NCBI GenBank assembly: GCA_937858365.1
Contig: CALLYK010000373.1
Location: 1-17,863 of the forward strand
Length of the DNA stretch: 17,863 nucleotides
Direction: 5' to 3'
Origin: an uncultured Isosphaeraceae bacterium
GTDB lineage: Bacteria > Planctomycetota > Planctomycetia > Isosphaerales > Isosphaeraceae
Positions 1-7,100 of this stretch are shown here, in pieces (the stretch's first letter is position 1; every line of letters starts with the position of its first letter). Below the pieces are notes generated by a model. It did no database searches and had not been told where the DNA came from. It saw nothing but the letters and a program-made list of their open reading frames with translations. A program made the translations under genes and the position numbers.

Positions 1-78
1 CCCCACGTTGAGGAGATCCGCACCGAGGCAGGTCGGTGCACGGTCATCGTCGACGACGTACGGCTGGAAACCCGCTAG
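1..78 (+). CDS. Possible 3' end of an upstream gene. Frame 1 is open from nt 1 and reads ...PHVEEIRTEAGRCTVIVDDVRLETR before TAG at 76-78.
   Basis: Frame 1 is open from the window edge to TAG at 76-78. Codon third positions are strongly G/C, as in the other genes here. The stop lies immediately before the AT-rich promoter island. The fragment is too short to identify. Confidence 0.25.
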   Translation, partial: PHVEEIRTEAGRCTVIVDDVRLETR

Positions 79-80
79 GG

Positions 81-110
81 TTGACAAATTATCGCAAAGT
101 TTAATATAAT
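81..110 (+). promoter_or_regulatory. Sigma70-like promoter, TTGACA (81-86), 18-nt spacer, TATAAT (105-110), for the SPFH gene.
   Basis: Perfect -35 and -10 hexamers with an 18-nt spacer. They sit inside a roughly 50-nt AT-rich island (about 75-130) in an otherwise GC-rich sequence. The predicted TSS is near A117. An extended T-run (ctcttttttt, 131-140) follows. Confidence 0.55.
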
Positions 111-116
111 TTCGGC

Positions 117-281
117 ATGCGGTTTTGTGCTCTTTTTTTCGTCGCCTGCGCCTCTGCCCCTAGCCCGTCGTCCACGCCAACGCCCCCAACTCCGACCCCA
201 ACCCCGACCCCAACCCGGCACGGCCGCTCTCGTCCTCCACTCCGACGCCCGCTGAGGAAGGACCAAACCAATGAACATTAA
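117..281 (+). other. Candidate leaderless upstream ORF (54 codons) overlapping the SPFH gene start. Peptide: MRFCALFFVACASAPSPSSTPTPPTPTPTPTPTRHGRSRPPLRRPLRKDQTNEH.
   Basis: ATG at 117-119 is about 7 nt downstream of the -10 hexamer, so it coincides with the predicted TSS. The frame stays open to TAA at 279-281, which is 8 nt past the SPFH ATG at 271. A hydrophobic N-terminus is followed by a (TP)n, Pro-rich tract. Caveat: the C-rich composition lacks stop codons by chance. Confidence 0.2.
178..222. repeat. C-rich leader tract with tandem 11-mer CCGACCCCAAC x2 (about 193-214). The complementary strand carries five or more G3-5 runs (G-quadruplex-capable).
   Basis: The + strand reads cgcccccaactccgaccccaaccccgaccccaacccgg. 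The minus strand reads ccGGGttGGGGtcGGGGttGGGGtcggagttGGGGGcg. It lies between the promoter and the SPFH start codon. Confidence 0.6.
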
Positions 282-1935
282 CTGGCGCCAAATCGCGATC
301 ACGGGTGGCTCGGTCCTCGTGGCCCTCGTGGTCGTCCTATATGTGGGTGTTTGGCAGTGGATGGTCTGTCGCCACGAAGTCCCCGCCGGACAAAGTCTAC
401 TCCTGAACTATCGTGGACCGTGGCCATTTGGCAGCGTCCCACTGGCGTCTCCGGGCACGCTCGTCTCGGTGGACAAGTGGGGTCGTCCCGAGAAAGTCGG
501 CATCCTCGAAGTGATGCCCGGGCCGGGCCGGCACTTCTATTCCCCCTTGGAATATCGGGTCGAGTACGTGCCCGACGTACTGATCAAGCCGGGTGAGATC
601 GGCGTGGTCACCGCCTTGGTCGGCAAAGACTCCCCCGCGGGCGCCTTCGTCGCCGAGGAGGGCTTCAAAGGGGTGCAGCGCAAGCTGCTCACTCCCGGAC
701 GTTACCGGATCAACAAATACGCATATCAAGTCGAAGTCAAACCGATCTCAGCCTGCGTCGGGTCGGGGGGTGGGGTCGTTCGCGAGAAGGACTCGGCGAC
801 ATTGATCCCTCCAGGTTACGTAGGTGTGGTCACGAACAGGCAGCCCAAGGCGGGAGAACTCGCGGGCATTCAGCCCGACGTCCTCCAACCGGGCATCTAC
901 TACATCAACCCGGCCGAGAAGCAGCTCGACATCGTCAGCATCGGCTTCAACGAAACGACGCTCATGGTGGAGTTGGCCAAAGACAGGCAGGGCAAGACCC
1001 TCTTCGCGCCCAGGAACGAGACGGTGGTCGGCGGCGCCGTCGCCGAACTGCCGATCCCGCCCGACCCGGTTTATGTGGAAGGCAAAGGCATCCACTTCCC
1101 CTCCGTGGACGCATTCGACATCCACATGGACTTCACCGCGATCTGGGGCATCATGCCCGAACAGGCCCCCGACGTCGTCCGTCAGTTCGGCGAGCTGAAG
1201 GACGTGGATGAGAAAGTCATCCAGCCGCAAATCATGTCGATCTGCCGCTTGCAGGGTTCCAAACGAGGAGCGGTGGACCTGCTCGTGGGAGACTCCCGCG
1301 AGGCCTTCCAAACCGACACGGCCGAAGAACTCGACCGCGTGCTCGCATCGAAGAACCTCAAGCTGCTCTTCGGTCTGACTCGGCACATTTACGTCCCAGC
1401 GCCGGCGCGCGCCCGGATTCAGCGGGCCAAGATCGCCGAGGAGACCAAGCGCACGCGCGAGCAAGAGCAGCTCATGCAGAAGGCCGCCGCCGACCTGGCC
1501 GAGGCCAAGGAGAAAGTGCTTTACGCCGAGCGGCAAACCGAGGTCGAAACGGAGAAGATGGTGGCCGAGACCAAGGCCGAGGGAAGCAAGAAAGCAGCCG
1601 AGATCGCCGCGGAAAGCGAAAAGCTGACCGCCAAGATCGACGCCGAGACGGCCCAGGTCCAAGCGCAGATCACCAAGACGACCCGTGAGGCCGAGGCCAA
1701 GAAGGTCGAGCTCTCCAGCCAGGCGAAGGCCGAGCTCTCGCGCCTCCAGGTCCAGGCTTTGGGTGGTTCGGATGCCTACAATCGCTACATGTTCGCGGAC
1801 AAACTCCCGGAAGACCTGCGACTGGGCGTCTTCTACGCGGGCCCGGGCACCTTCTGGACCGACCTGAAGGGGTTCGAGCAAATCCTCACAGGCAAGCTCG
1901 TCTCCGACCAGATGGCCAAGCCGCCCGCCCGCTGA
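271..1935 (+). CDS. SPFH/band-7 family membrane protein with a flotillin-like C-terminal coiled coil (554 aa).
   Basis: ATG at 271 is preceded by GAGGAAGGA (254-262), 8 nt upstream. There is an N-terminal TM helix (ITGGSVLVALVVVLYVGVWQW). Three tandem beta-hairpin-like repeats follow (PGxxGVVT ... PGxYxINP), like the start of an SPFH domain. The canonical SPFH core is present (TLMVELAKD ... HFPSVDAFDIHMDFTAIWGI ... LASKNLKLLFGLTRHIYVP). The EA/K-rich coiled coil is flotillin-like (AKIAEETKRTREQEQL ... AEAKKVELSSQAKAEL). Confidence 0.7.
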   Translation: MNINWRQIAITGGSVLVALVVVLYVGVWQWMVCRHEVPAGQSLLLNYRGPWPFGSVPLASPGTLVSVDKWGRPEKVGILEVMPGPGRHFYSPLEYRVEYVPDVLIKPGEIGVVTALVGKDSPAGAFVAEEGFKGVQRKLLTPGRYRINKYAYQVEVKPISACVGSGGGVVREKDSATLIPPGYVGVVTNRQPKAGELAGIQPDVLQPGIYYINPAEKQLDIVSIGFNETTLMVELAKDRQGKTLFAPRNETVVGGAVAELPIPPDPVYVEGKGIHFPSVDAFDIHMDFTAIWGIMPEQAPDVVRQFGELKDVDEKVIQPQIMSICRLQGSKRGAVDLLVGDSREAFQTDTAEELDRVLASKNLKLLFGLTRHIYVPAPARARIQRAKIAEETKRTREQEQLMQKAAADLAEAKEKVLYAERQTEVETEKMVAETKAEGSKKAAEIAAESEKLTAKIDAETAQVQAQITKTTREAEAKKVELSSQAKAELSRLQVQALGGSDAYNRYMFADKLPEDLRLGVFYAGPGTFWTDLKGFEQILTGKLVSDQMAKPPAR

Positions 1936-1982
1936 CCGTGTGTCGACGGCCGGCGATTCGCTGACATTGGAACAATTGGCGC

Positions 1983-2025
1983 GGGGCGGCATGAGCACGG
2001 ACTTGTGATCATGCCGCCCTTTTCC
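1983..2025 (+). terminator. Rho-independent terminator after the SPFH gene. An 11-12 bp GC-rich stem has a 14-nt loop and a TTTTCCATTTCC tail.
   Basis: GGGGCGGCATGA (1983-1994) pairs with TCATGCCGCCC (2009-2019), followed by tttt (2020-2023). It lies 48 nt after the TGA at 1933-1935. On the other strand the flank is not U-rich, so it is mainly a + strand terminator between convergent genes. Confidence 0.6.
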
Positions 2026-2035
2026 ATTTCCTGGT

Positions 2036-3268
2036 TCAAGGCGTCGGTCCGCAGAGGGCCGCGACCAGGCTGCGAACGAACGGCTCCACGTCCGTGACCA
2101 AACCGATGGTCTGGAAGGTCCCTCGGTCCGTGAGTTTGGTCACGGTGGCCGGGTTGATGTCCACGCAGACGACCTTCACCCCAGCCGGCAGCAGGTTGCC
2201 CGTGGCGATCGAGTGCAGGGTCGTGGCGATCATCAGGCAGAACCCGACGCCCCCATGGATCAGGCGCCGCATTTCGGCCTGGGCCTTCAGGACGTCGGTG
2301 ATCACCTCCGGCAGTGGGCCGTCGTCGCGTATCGAGCCGGCCAAGACCATCGCCACGTTCTTTTGAACGCATTCATACATGATCCCTGACTTGAGCAGCC
2401 CCGCCCGCACGGCCGCGGCGATGCCGCCGGCGCGTCGGATGGTATTGATCGCCCGCAGGTGGTGTTCGTGACCGTGTTCCACCGCCTCGCCGCGATCGAG
2501 CGAGACCCCGAGCGAGGTGTTGAAGAGGGCCTGTTCAATGTCGTGCGTGGCCAGCGCGTTGCCCGCGAAGAGCACGTCCACCCAGCCGCCGCGAATGAGT
2601 TCGGCGACGTGCGCCGAAGACCCTGTGTGGACGATCGCCGGCCCGGCTACGAGCAGGACCTTCCTCCCTTCCGCGCGGGTCGCACGCATGAGGTCGGCCA
2701 CGGTTTGGAGGCTTGCCGCCTTGGGTTTTTCGCTGGAGACGTTCGAGTTCATGAAGCCGAAGACCTGGGCCTCGCGCGGCCGGTCGATCGGCACGACGCG
2801 CACGCCGCCATGCCCCACCACGAACGCCTGACCAACCGTGACGTCGGTCATGGGCACACACCAGGCGGTCTTGCGTTCGATGTCCACGGCGATGCCGCAG
2901 TCCATTTCCTGGTCGGCCACTTCAACCCAGCGACCGGCGAGACGCACCTGCGTGGGTTGGTTGGTCGTGCTGTAGAAAGCGTCGGGGAACGCGCCCGCGA
3001 TGTCGGCCGGCACCAGATGTGCGTCTTCGGGGTGAACAGGCATGGCGCCGTGTTCGACGAGGTCGCCCAAGATGTCGTCGAGTTGCGCGGCCGAGTCGGC
3101 CTGGACGGCGATGCGCGCGTAGCTCGCGTCCACGCGACGCGCCCCGACCTTGCACTCGCGGATCTCGAACGAGCCACCCATGAGGAGGATGCGGTCGAGG
3201 ATCTTGGGCAAGAGGAGGGAGTCGATCAGATGGCCGCGGACCTCGATTTCCTCGGAAACGCCAGGCAT
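2036..3268 (-). CDS. TIGR00300 / LOR-SDH bifunctional-enzyme conserved-domain family protein (about 410 aa). Possibly an archaeal-type NAD-dependent ornithine cyclodeaminase-like enzyme.
   Basis: The six-frame ORF runs to 3412. The likely true start is the internal ATG at 3268, preceded by GAAGGGGG 7 nt upstream. The N-terminus (MPGVSEEIEVRGHLIDSLLLPKILDRILLMGGSFEI) matches my recollection of the family's conserved N-terminus (GH[IL]IDS..LPK.LD.I...GG.F). A Gly-rich dinucleotide-binding-like region follows (KVLLVAGPAIVHTGSS ... VLAGSIRDDGPL). Family assignment is from memory, not a search. Confidence 0.55.
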   Translation of the reverse strand: MPGVSEEIEVRGHLIDSLLLPKILDRILLMGGSFEIRECKVGARRVDASYARIAVQADSAAQLDDILGDLVEHGAMPVHPEDAHLVPADIAGAFPDAFYSTTNQPTQVRLAGRWVEVADQEMDCGIAVDIERKTAWCVPMTDVTVGQAFVVGHGGVRVVPIDRPREAQVFGFMNSNVSSEKPKAASLQTVADLMRATRAEGRKVLLVAGPAIVHTGSSAHVAELIRGGWVDVLFAGNALATHDIEQALFNTSLGVSLDRGEAVEHGHEHHLRAINTIRRAGGIAAAVRAGLLKSGIMYECVQKNVAMVLAGSIRDDGPLPEVITDVLKAQAEMRRLIHGGVGFCLMIATTLHSIATGNLLPAGVKVVCVDINPATVTKLTDRGTFQTIGLVTDVEPFVRSLVAALCGPTP

Positions 3269-3356
3269 GACGGGCCCCCTTCGCGGGAATGGAAGTGGCC
3301 CGCATTGTAACCGACGAAGGCCCCGTGCTGGGTAGCTTGGACGATCAACGCCCCGT

Positions 3357-3701
3357 TCAAGGGCCGATGTCTTTGGCCGTGATCTTGCGTTGTTCAACCA
3401 TTTGATAGACACGCGATGTCAACGGGGTGAGGATGCCGAAGATCATGGTCCCGAGAAGCCCGGGCAGCCCCAGACCATACCAAACGCCGAATGGTTGACC
3501 CATGAGAAGGCCCGCCACACCGGCGCAAAAGAGGACAGCGCAGACCCCGGTCGTCGTCCACATGACCCCGGTGAGAAAGACACGCCCGCGACCGAGGGGC
3601 GCGAGCGTGCCCATCAAGGTCCCCATCACTCCTCCCGCGACCCCCAAGAGCGTTCCGGGGAGCCAACTATAACGGATCGCGTCGAACCAAGGTTCGCTCA
3701 T
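3357..3701 (-). CDS. Small integral membrane protein (114 aa, about 4 predicted TM helices), function unknown.
   Basis: Start ATG at 3701-3699 follows SD AGAAAGAGG 7 nt upstream. The start overlaps the upstream gene's stop (ATGA, 3698-3701). Gly/Leu/Val-rich hydrophobic segments include LLGVAGGVMGTLMGTLAPL, VMWTTTGVCAVLFCAGVAGLLMG and LGLPGLLGTMIFGILTPL. Confidence 0.55.
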   Translation of the reverse strand: MSEPWFDAIRYSWLPGTLLGVAGGVMGTLMGTLAPLGRGRVFLTGVMWTTTGVCAVLFCAGVAGLLMGQPFGVWYGLGLPGLLGTMIFGILTPLTSRVYQMVEQRKITAKDIGP

Positions 3702-4015
3702 GGCCTGACCTCTTTCTTCAAGTCCTTCCGATGGGCCTCGATCAATTCGCGGGCCGTCGCGGGCGCGAGACGTCCATCGGCCACGAGCACGCGGACCATG
3801 CGCTCGAACGGACCATCCACGGTGAGATCATCCGCGGCCTGGACCTTGGCGATGAAGCGGTCTAAACGCGCCCGCACGGTGGGATAAGAAACACCGTACT
3901 CCGCCGCGAGGGCCTTCAAGGAACCGGACGCCACCACGAAACGCTTGAGAAATTGCCAATCCTCGTCATCAAGCGCCTCGACCCAGCCGGGAAGCGCGCC
4001 GGTGTCTCGCCCCAT
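3698..4015 (-). CDS. DUF2089-like small HTH protein (sigma70 region-4/LuxR-like helix-turn-helix). It lacks the N-terminal zinc ribbon of longer DUF2089 proteins.
   Basis: The six-frame track starts at a TTG (4018). The ATG at 4015-4013 with GAGGA 5 nt upstream is the more likely start. The motif DDEDWQFLKRFVVASGSLKALAAEYGVSYPTVRARLDRFIAKV matches the conserved DUF2089 core as I recall it. It is translationally coupled to the downstream membrane protein. Confidence 0.55.
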   Translation of the reverse strand: MGRDTGALPGWVEALDDEDWQFLKRFVVASGSLKALAAEYGVSYPTVRARLDRFIAKVQAADDLTVDGPFERMVRVLVADGRLAPATARELIEAHRKDLKKEVRP

Positions 4016-4039
4016 CAAGGTCCTCGCGACTGTCGCCGA

Positions 4040-4100
4040 ACCGACCGCGTGTCTCTATCCTTCGCTTCAATAAAGTGAAAGTCAAGATGAATTTTCTGAA
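4040..4100 (-). promoter_or_regulatory. AT-rich island upstream of the DUF2089 operon containing TTGACT (minus-strand sense). It is a putative promoter region.
   Basis: The reverse complement reads ...aaaattcatcTTGACTttcactttattgaagcgaaggatagagac... There is no clean -10 hexamer at 17 +/- 1 nt. It is one of only a few AT-rich islands in the window and lies directly 5' of the gene start at 4015. Confidence 0.25.
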
Positions 4101-4104
4101 AGTT

Positions 4105-4130
4105 GGGGCCTTTTCGAGATGCATGGCCCC
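4105..4130 (-). terminator. Candidate terminator hairpin for the giant gene. GGGGCC and GGCCCC form a 6-bp stem around a 14-nt loop.
   Basis: GGGGCC (4105-4110) pairs with GGCCCC (4125-4130), about 29 nt past the giant gene stop (4159-4161) in the minus sense. The following minus-strand tail is AACUUUCAGAAAAUUC, only weakly U-rich. Confidence 0.3.
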
Positions 4131-4158
4131 GTCATTACGAAGAATGGGGACACGGCAT

Positions 4159-7100
4159 TCACTCGGCGAACTTCCACGGCCCCGAGATCTCGACGTTGCG
4201 GACGCGCGTGGTGGGACTGTCGGCCCAGCGGAAGAGGCCGAAACGACGTGGGGCCCCTTTCTCCAGTGGCGCTTCGCCGAGCCTTTTGCCATTCAGCGTG
4301 ATCGACACCTTGTCGCCCGAAAGCGTGAGGGAGACCCGGTCCCATTCCTTTTCCTTGAACGGGAGCGGTCCTTTGTCGAAGCCGCTGAGTTCGGCGGTGT
4401 TGCCGGGTGAGAGGTCTTCCTGGCCGGTGCCGGGGTCCGTCAGGCGGTGGAGCTGCACACCTTCGGGCCCGAGCAGGAAGACTTGGCCGCCGATCGCCGG
4501 ATGGACCGAAGAGGGGCCCTTCTCGCCCCGAGCCTCATACGTGATCGTCTCGCCGTCGGCCATAGGCCGAGAGTGGAAGAGAGCGGTCTCGTAATCGACG
4601 GACGCGTTGGGGGCTTGCTTCCCGAGGACCTCCGTGTTTTGGGACTGCCAGAAAGAAGGCCAATTCGTGCCGCTCGGTGATCGGAGACCACTCCAGTCCG
4701 TCCACGTTCGCGGGCCGCTAAGTGCAACGCGATCCGGCACGGTGGGTCCCCCTTGGATACGGACGTCGCGCAGGGCGCCCTGGCCCGTGGCCGCCGACTT
4801 GAGGAAGAGCCAGGGAGACGCATCGCGCCGGATCGGTTCGTTGACGACCTGATGATCGGCGAGGAAGAACTGACAGCGCCCCCCCTTCACGACCATCCGG
4901 AAGGGGAGAAGTCCCCGCGCCGGGTCAACGGGTGGGTCGAGCGGGATCGTCCGCACCGCACCTCCGGCCGTGGTGAGTTGGGCATTCTTGCCCTCGGCGT
5001 CCACTTGAAGCGAGGTCCCAGCGTAATCGACGACGACCTGGTCGTCGCTCATCCCCTCGAGTAGGGCTTGGAAATCGAAGTCTCCCGTCAAGGGCGTTGC
5101 GAGGTACAGCCGCTCGGGACCTTGACCGGGAACATGGGCGATTCGGTGGTCCCGCTCTGTCCAAGTTGCCGGAAGCGAAGTCAAACTCGCCGCCCTGCTC
5201 GAATCACGTGAAGCGGTGAGCCAGCGTGAGCTTGGCGGGGAAAGGGCCTCGCCTCGCGCCAGCCGATCGCGTTCGAACGCGAGTCGCAGGGCGTCCAAGG
5301 TCGCCGGCGCGACGTACGGCTCGGGTTGTCCTTGCTGGGGAGGCTGGTTCTGTCGCCGGATCGGTGTTTTGGGCCCATCCGGCGGTCTCTTGGCCCGTTC
5401 TTTCAGAGCGTCGGCCAGCGGCGCCGCCGCTTCCAGGAGGTCGCGATTTGGGAGGACGCCGGCCAGAGCGAGCATCTCGGCCTGGCGCCCTTCCAGGGGC
5501 GCTTGGGGCGGCAGGGCCTTCGTCGCCTTGGTCAACTCCGCGAGCGTCGCGCGGGCCTCGTCGTTCCGGCCTTGTGCGCTCGCCACCAGCGTGGTCAGGG
5601 CCATTTTCACGCGGGCTTGAGGCTCGTCCTTCACGGGGACAGCAGCGAACTTTTCCGCGAGCTCGTCGAGCTTGCCGGCCTCGCGCGCGGCCGCGATCAT
5701 GTCGAAAACGGGAGAACCGAAGGTGCAGCCTTCCGGCGAAAAGACAGGGTATCGAGCGATACGCACGGACTCATGGGAGGCGGAAGGCAAGACCCATTCA
5801 ACGAGGCGCCTGTGGCGTTCCGCGGCGGGAAGGCCCTGGATTTCCCGGAGGAAGTGGGGGGCGTCGGCGATGACCGGGTAATCGCCGATCCAGGCCGCGC
5901 GAACGAGGCGCGCCGCCGGGTCGGGCGCGACCGCCGGTTCAAGAAGGTTTGCCGGCAGGGTCGCAGGCCAATCGCCGGTCAAGGTCGTCGCTCGGACCTT
6001 CACGCGGGTTTGGTCCTTGAAGTGAAAGAGGCCGAAAAGGCGGTCGTTCGCGGGCTCCAGCGGTCGTTCGGCGATCACCCGACCGTTGAGCGAAAGTGAA
6101 ACGGACCCGTCGCGCAGCGCGAGTTTGACCTCGTTCCAATCGTCCGCCTTGAGGGGCAGGGGGCCGGGGCCTTGCTTGATCGCAGGATCGTCCGCGACGT
6201 TGTTGATGGGCAGGCCCGTGGGGTCAAGGTCGGCCTTGTCGGTGATCCAGTGCGCCCGGACCCGATCCGGGTCGAGCTGGAAGACCAAGCGGCCGAGCGC
6301 CGGATGGACCATCTCGGCGCCCGGGACGTAATGGAACTCATAGGAGAGCGTATCCCCATCGCCGAGGGGCCTAACGAACCGGAGCAGGCTGGGTACGGAG
6401 TCGTCGGCGAGCGAGCCGATCGCGCGGTCGATGCGTTGGCCAATGATCACGCCATCGCCGGCTTCCCAGTCGAAGACGCGAGGCGCCGGCTCAGCGCCGC
6501 GCCGCTGATAGATGGCCTGAAACTCCTCGTCCGCGTCCCGCGACGACCTGCGAAGGACCGCGTCCTTACGAGGCTTGACCCTTTCTTTGAAGAAACGGGC
6601 CGACCATTGGCGCAGGTCGTCCCCTTGCAGCAGCTTCACGACGCGAGGGACTTCCGGCCTGCCGTCGATCCTCAAGTCGAGGAATCGCCCACCGGTAGCC
6701 TCCAGCGCGATCCAGGGAGACGATGGGCCTTTGGCCTCGTGAATCAGGCGGCCGTCGATCAGGAAGCGGGTGTGTTCGGGAGCGACGTCGATCGTGAGGC
6801 GAGTTGGTCCGTTTGAGGTGTTGGTGGGCAGGGCAGGGGAGACCGACTCGGAATGCGGTCCGATCATGCCGGGGCCGGCGAGACTGTCTTGGTTTCCCGT
6901 CCCGCCGTCAAACACGTAGTGTTGGCCTGGGGTCAAACCAATCGACTGCCCGCCGTAACTGAGGAGGCCCTGAAATGTGCGGACGTCGATCCGAAAAGTC
7001 CCCGTGATCGGGACCGCGAAGAAAAGGCACGAGTCATCGGGAGCACCCACATGGCCGAGCACGTCCTCCGCGAGCACCCAGCGAGCGACTTGCCCCGCCT

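Noticed and set aside
75-302. 75-aa minus-strand ORF spanning the SPFH promoter and leader
   Set aside because: It is the complement of the C-rich leader, hence Gly/Arg/Trp-rich. It overlaps the promoter hexamers. Nothing indicates it is coding.
748-1998. 416-aa minus-strand ORF antisense to the SPFH gene
   Set aside because: It overlaps a well-supported SPFH gene almost entirely. Its product is low-complexity and Gly/Leu/Arg-rich, typical of stop-poor antisense frames in high-GC DNA. It has no RBS or family resemblance.
3269-3412. 5' extension of the TIGR00300 ORF to 3412 (MSIKWLNNARSRPK...)
   Set aside because: The extension is Arg/Pro-rich and has no RBS. The internal ATG at 3268 has a good SD and begins exactly at the conserved family N-terminus. 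The extension would also run into the upstream membrane gene's 3' region.
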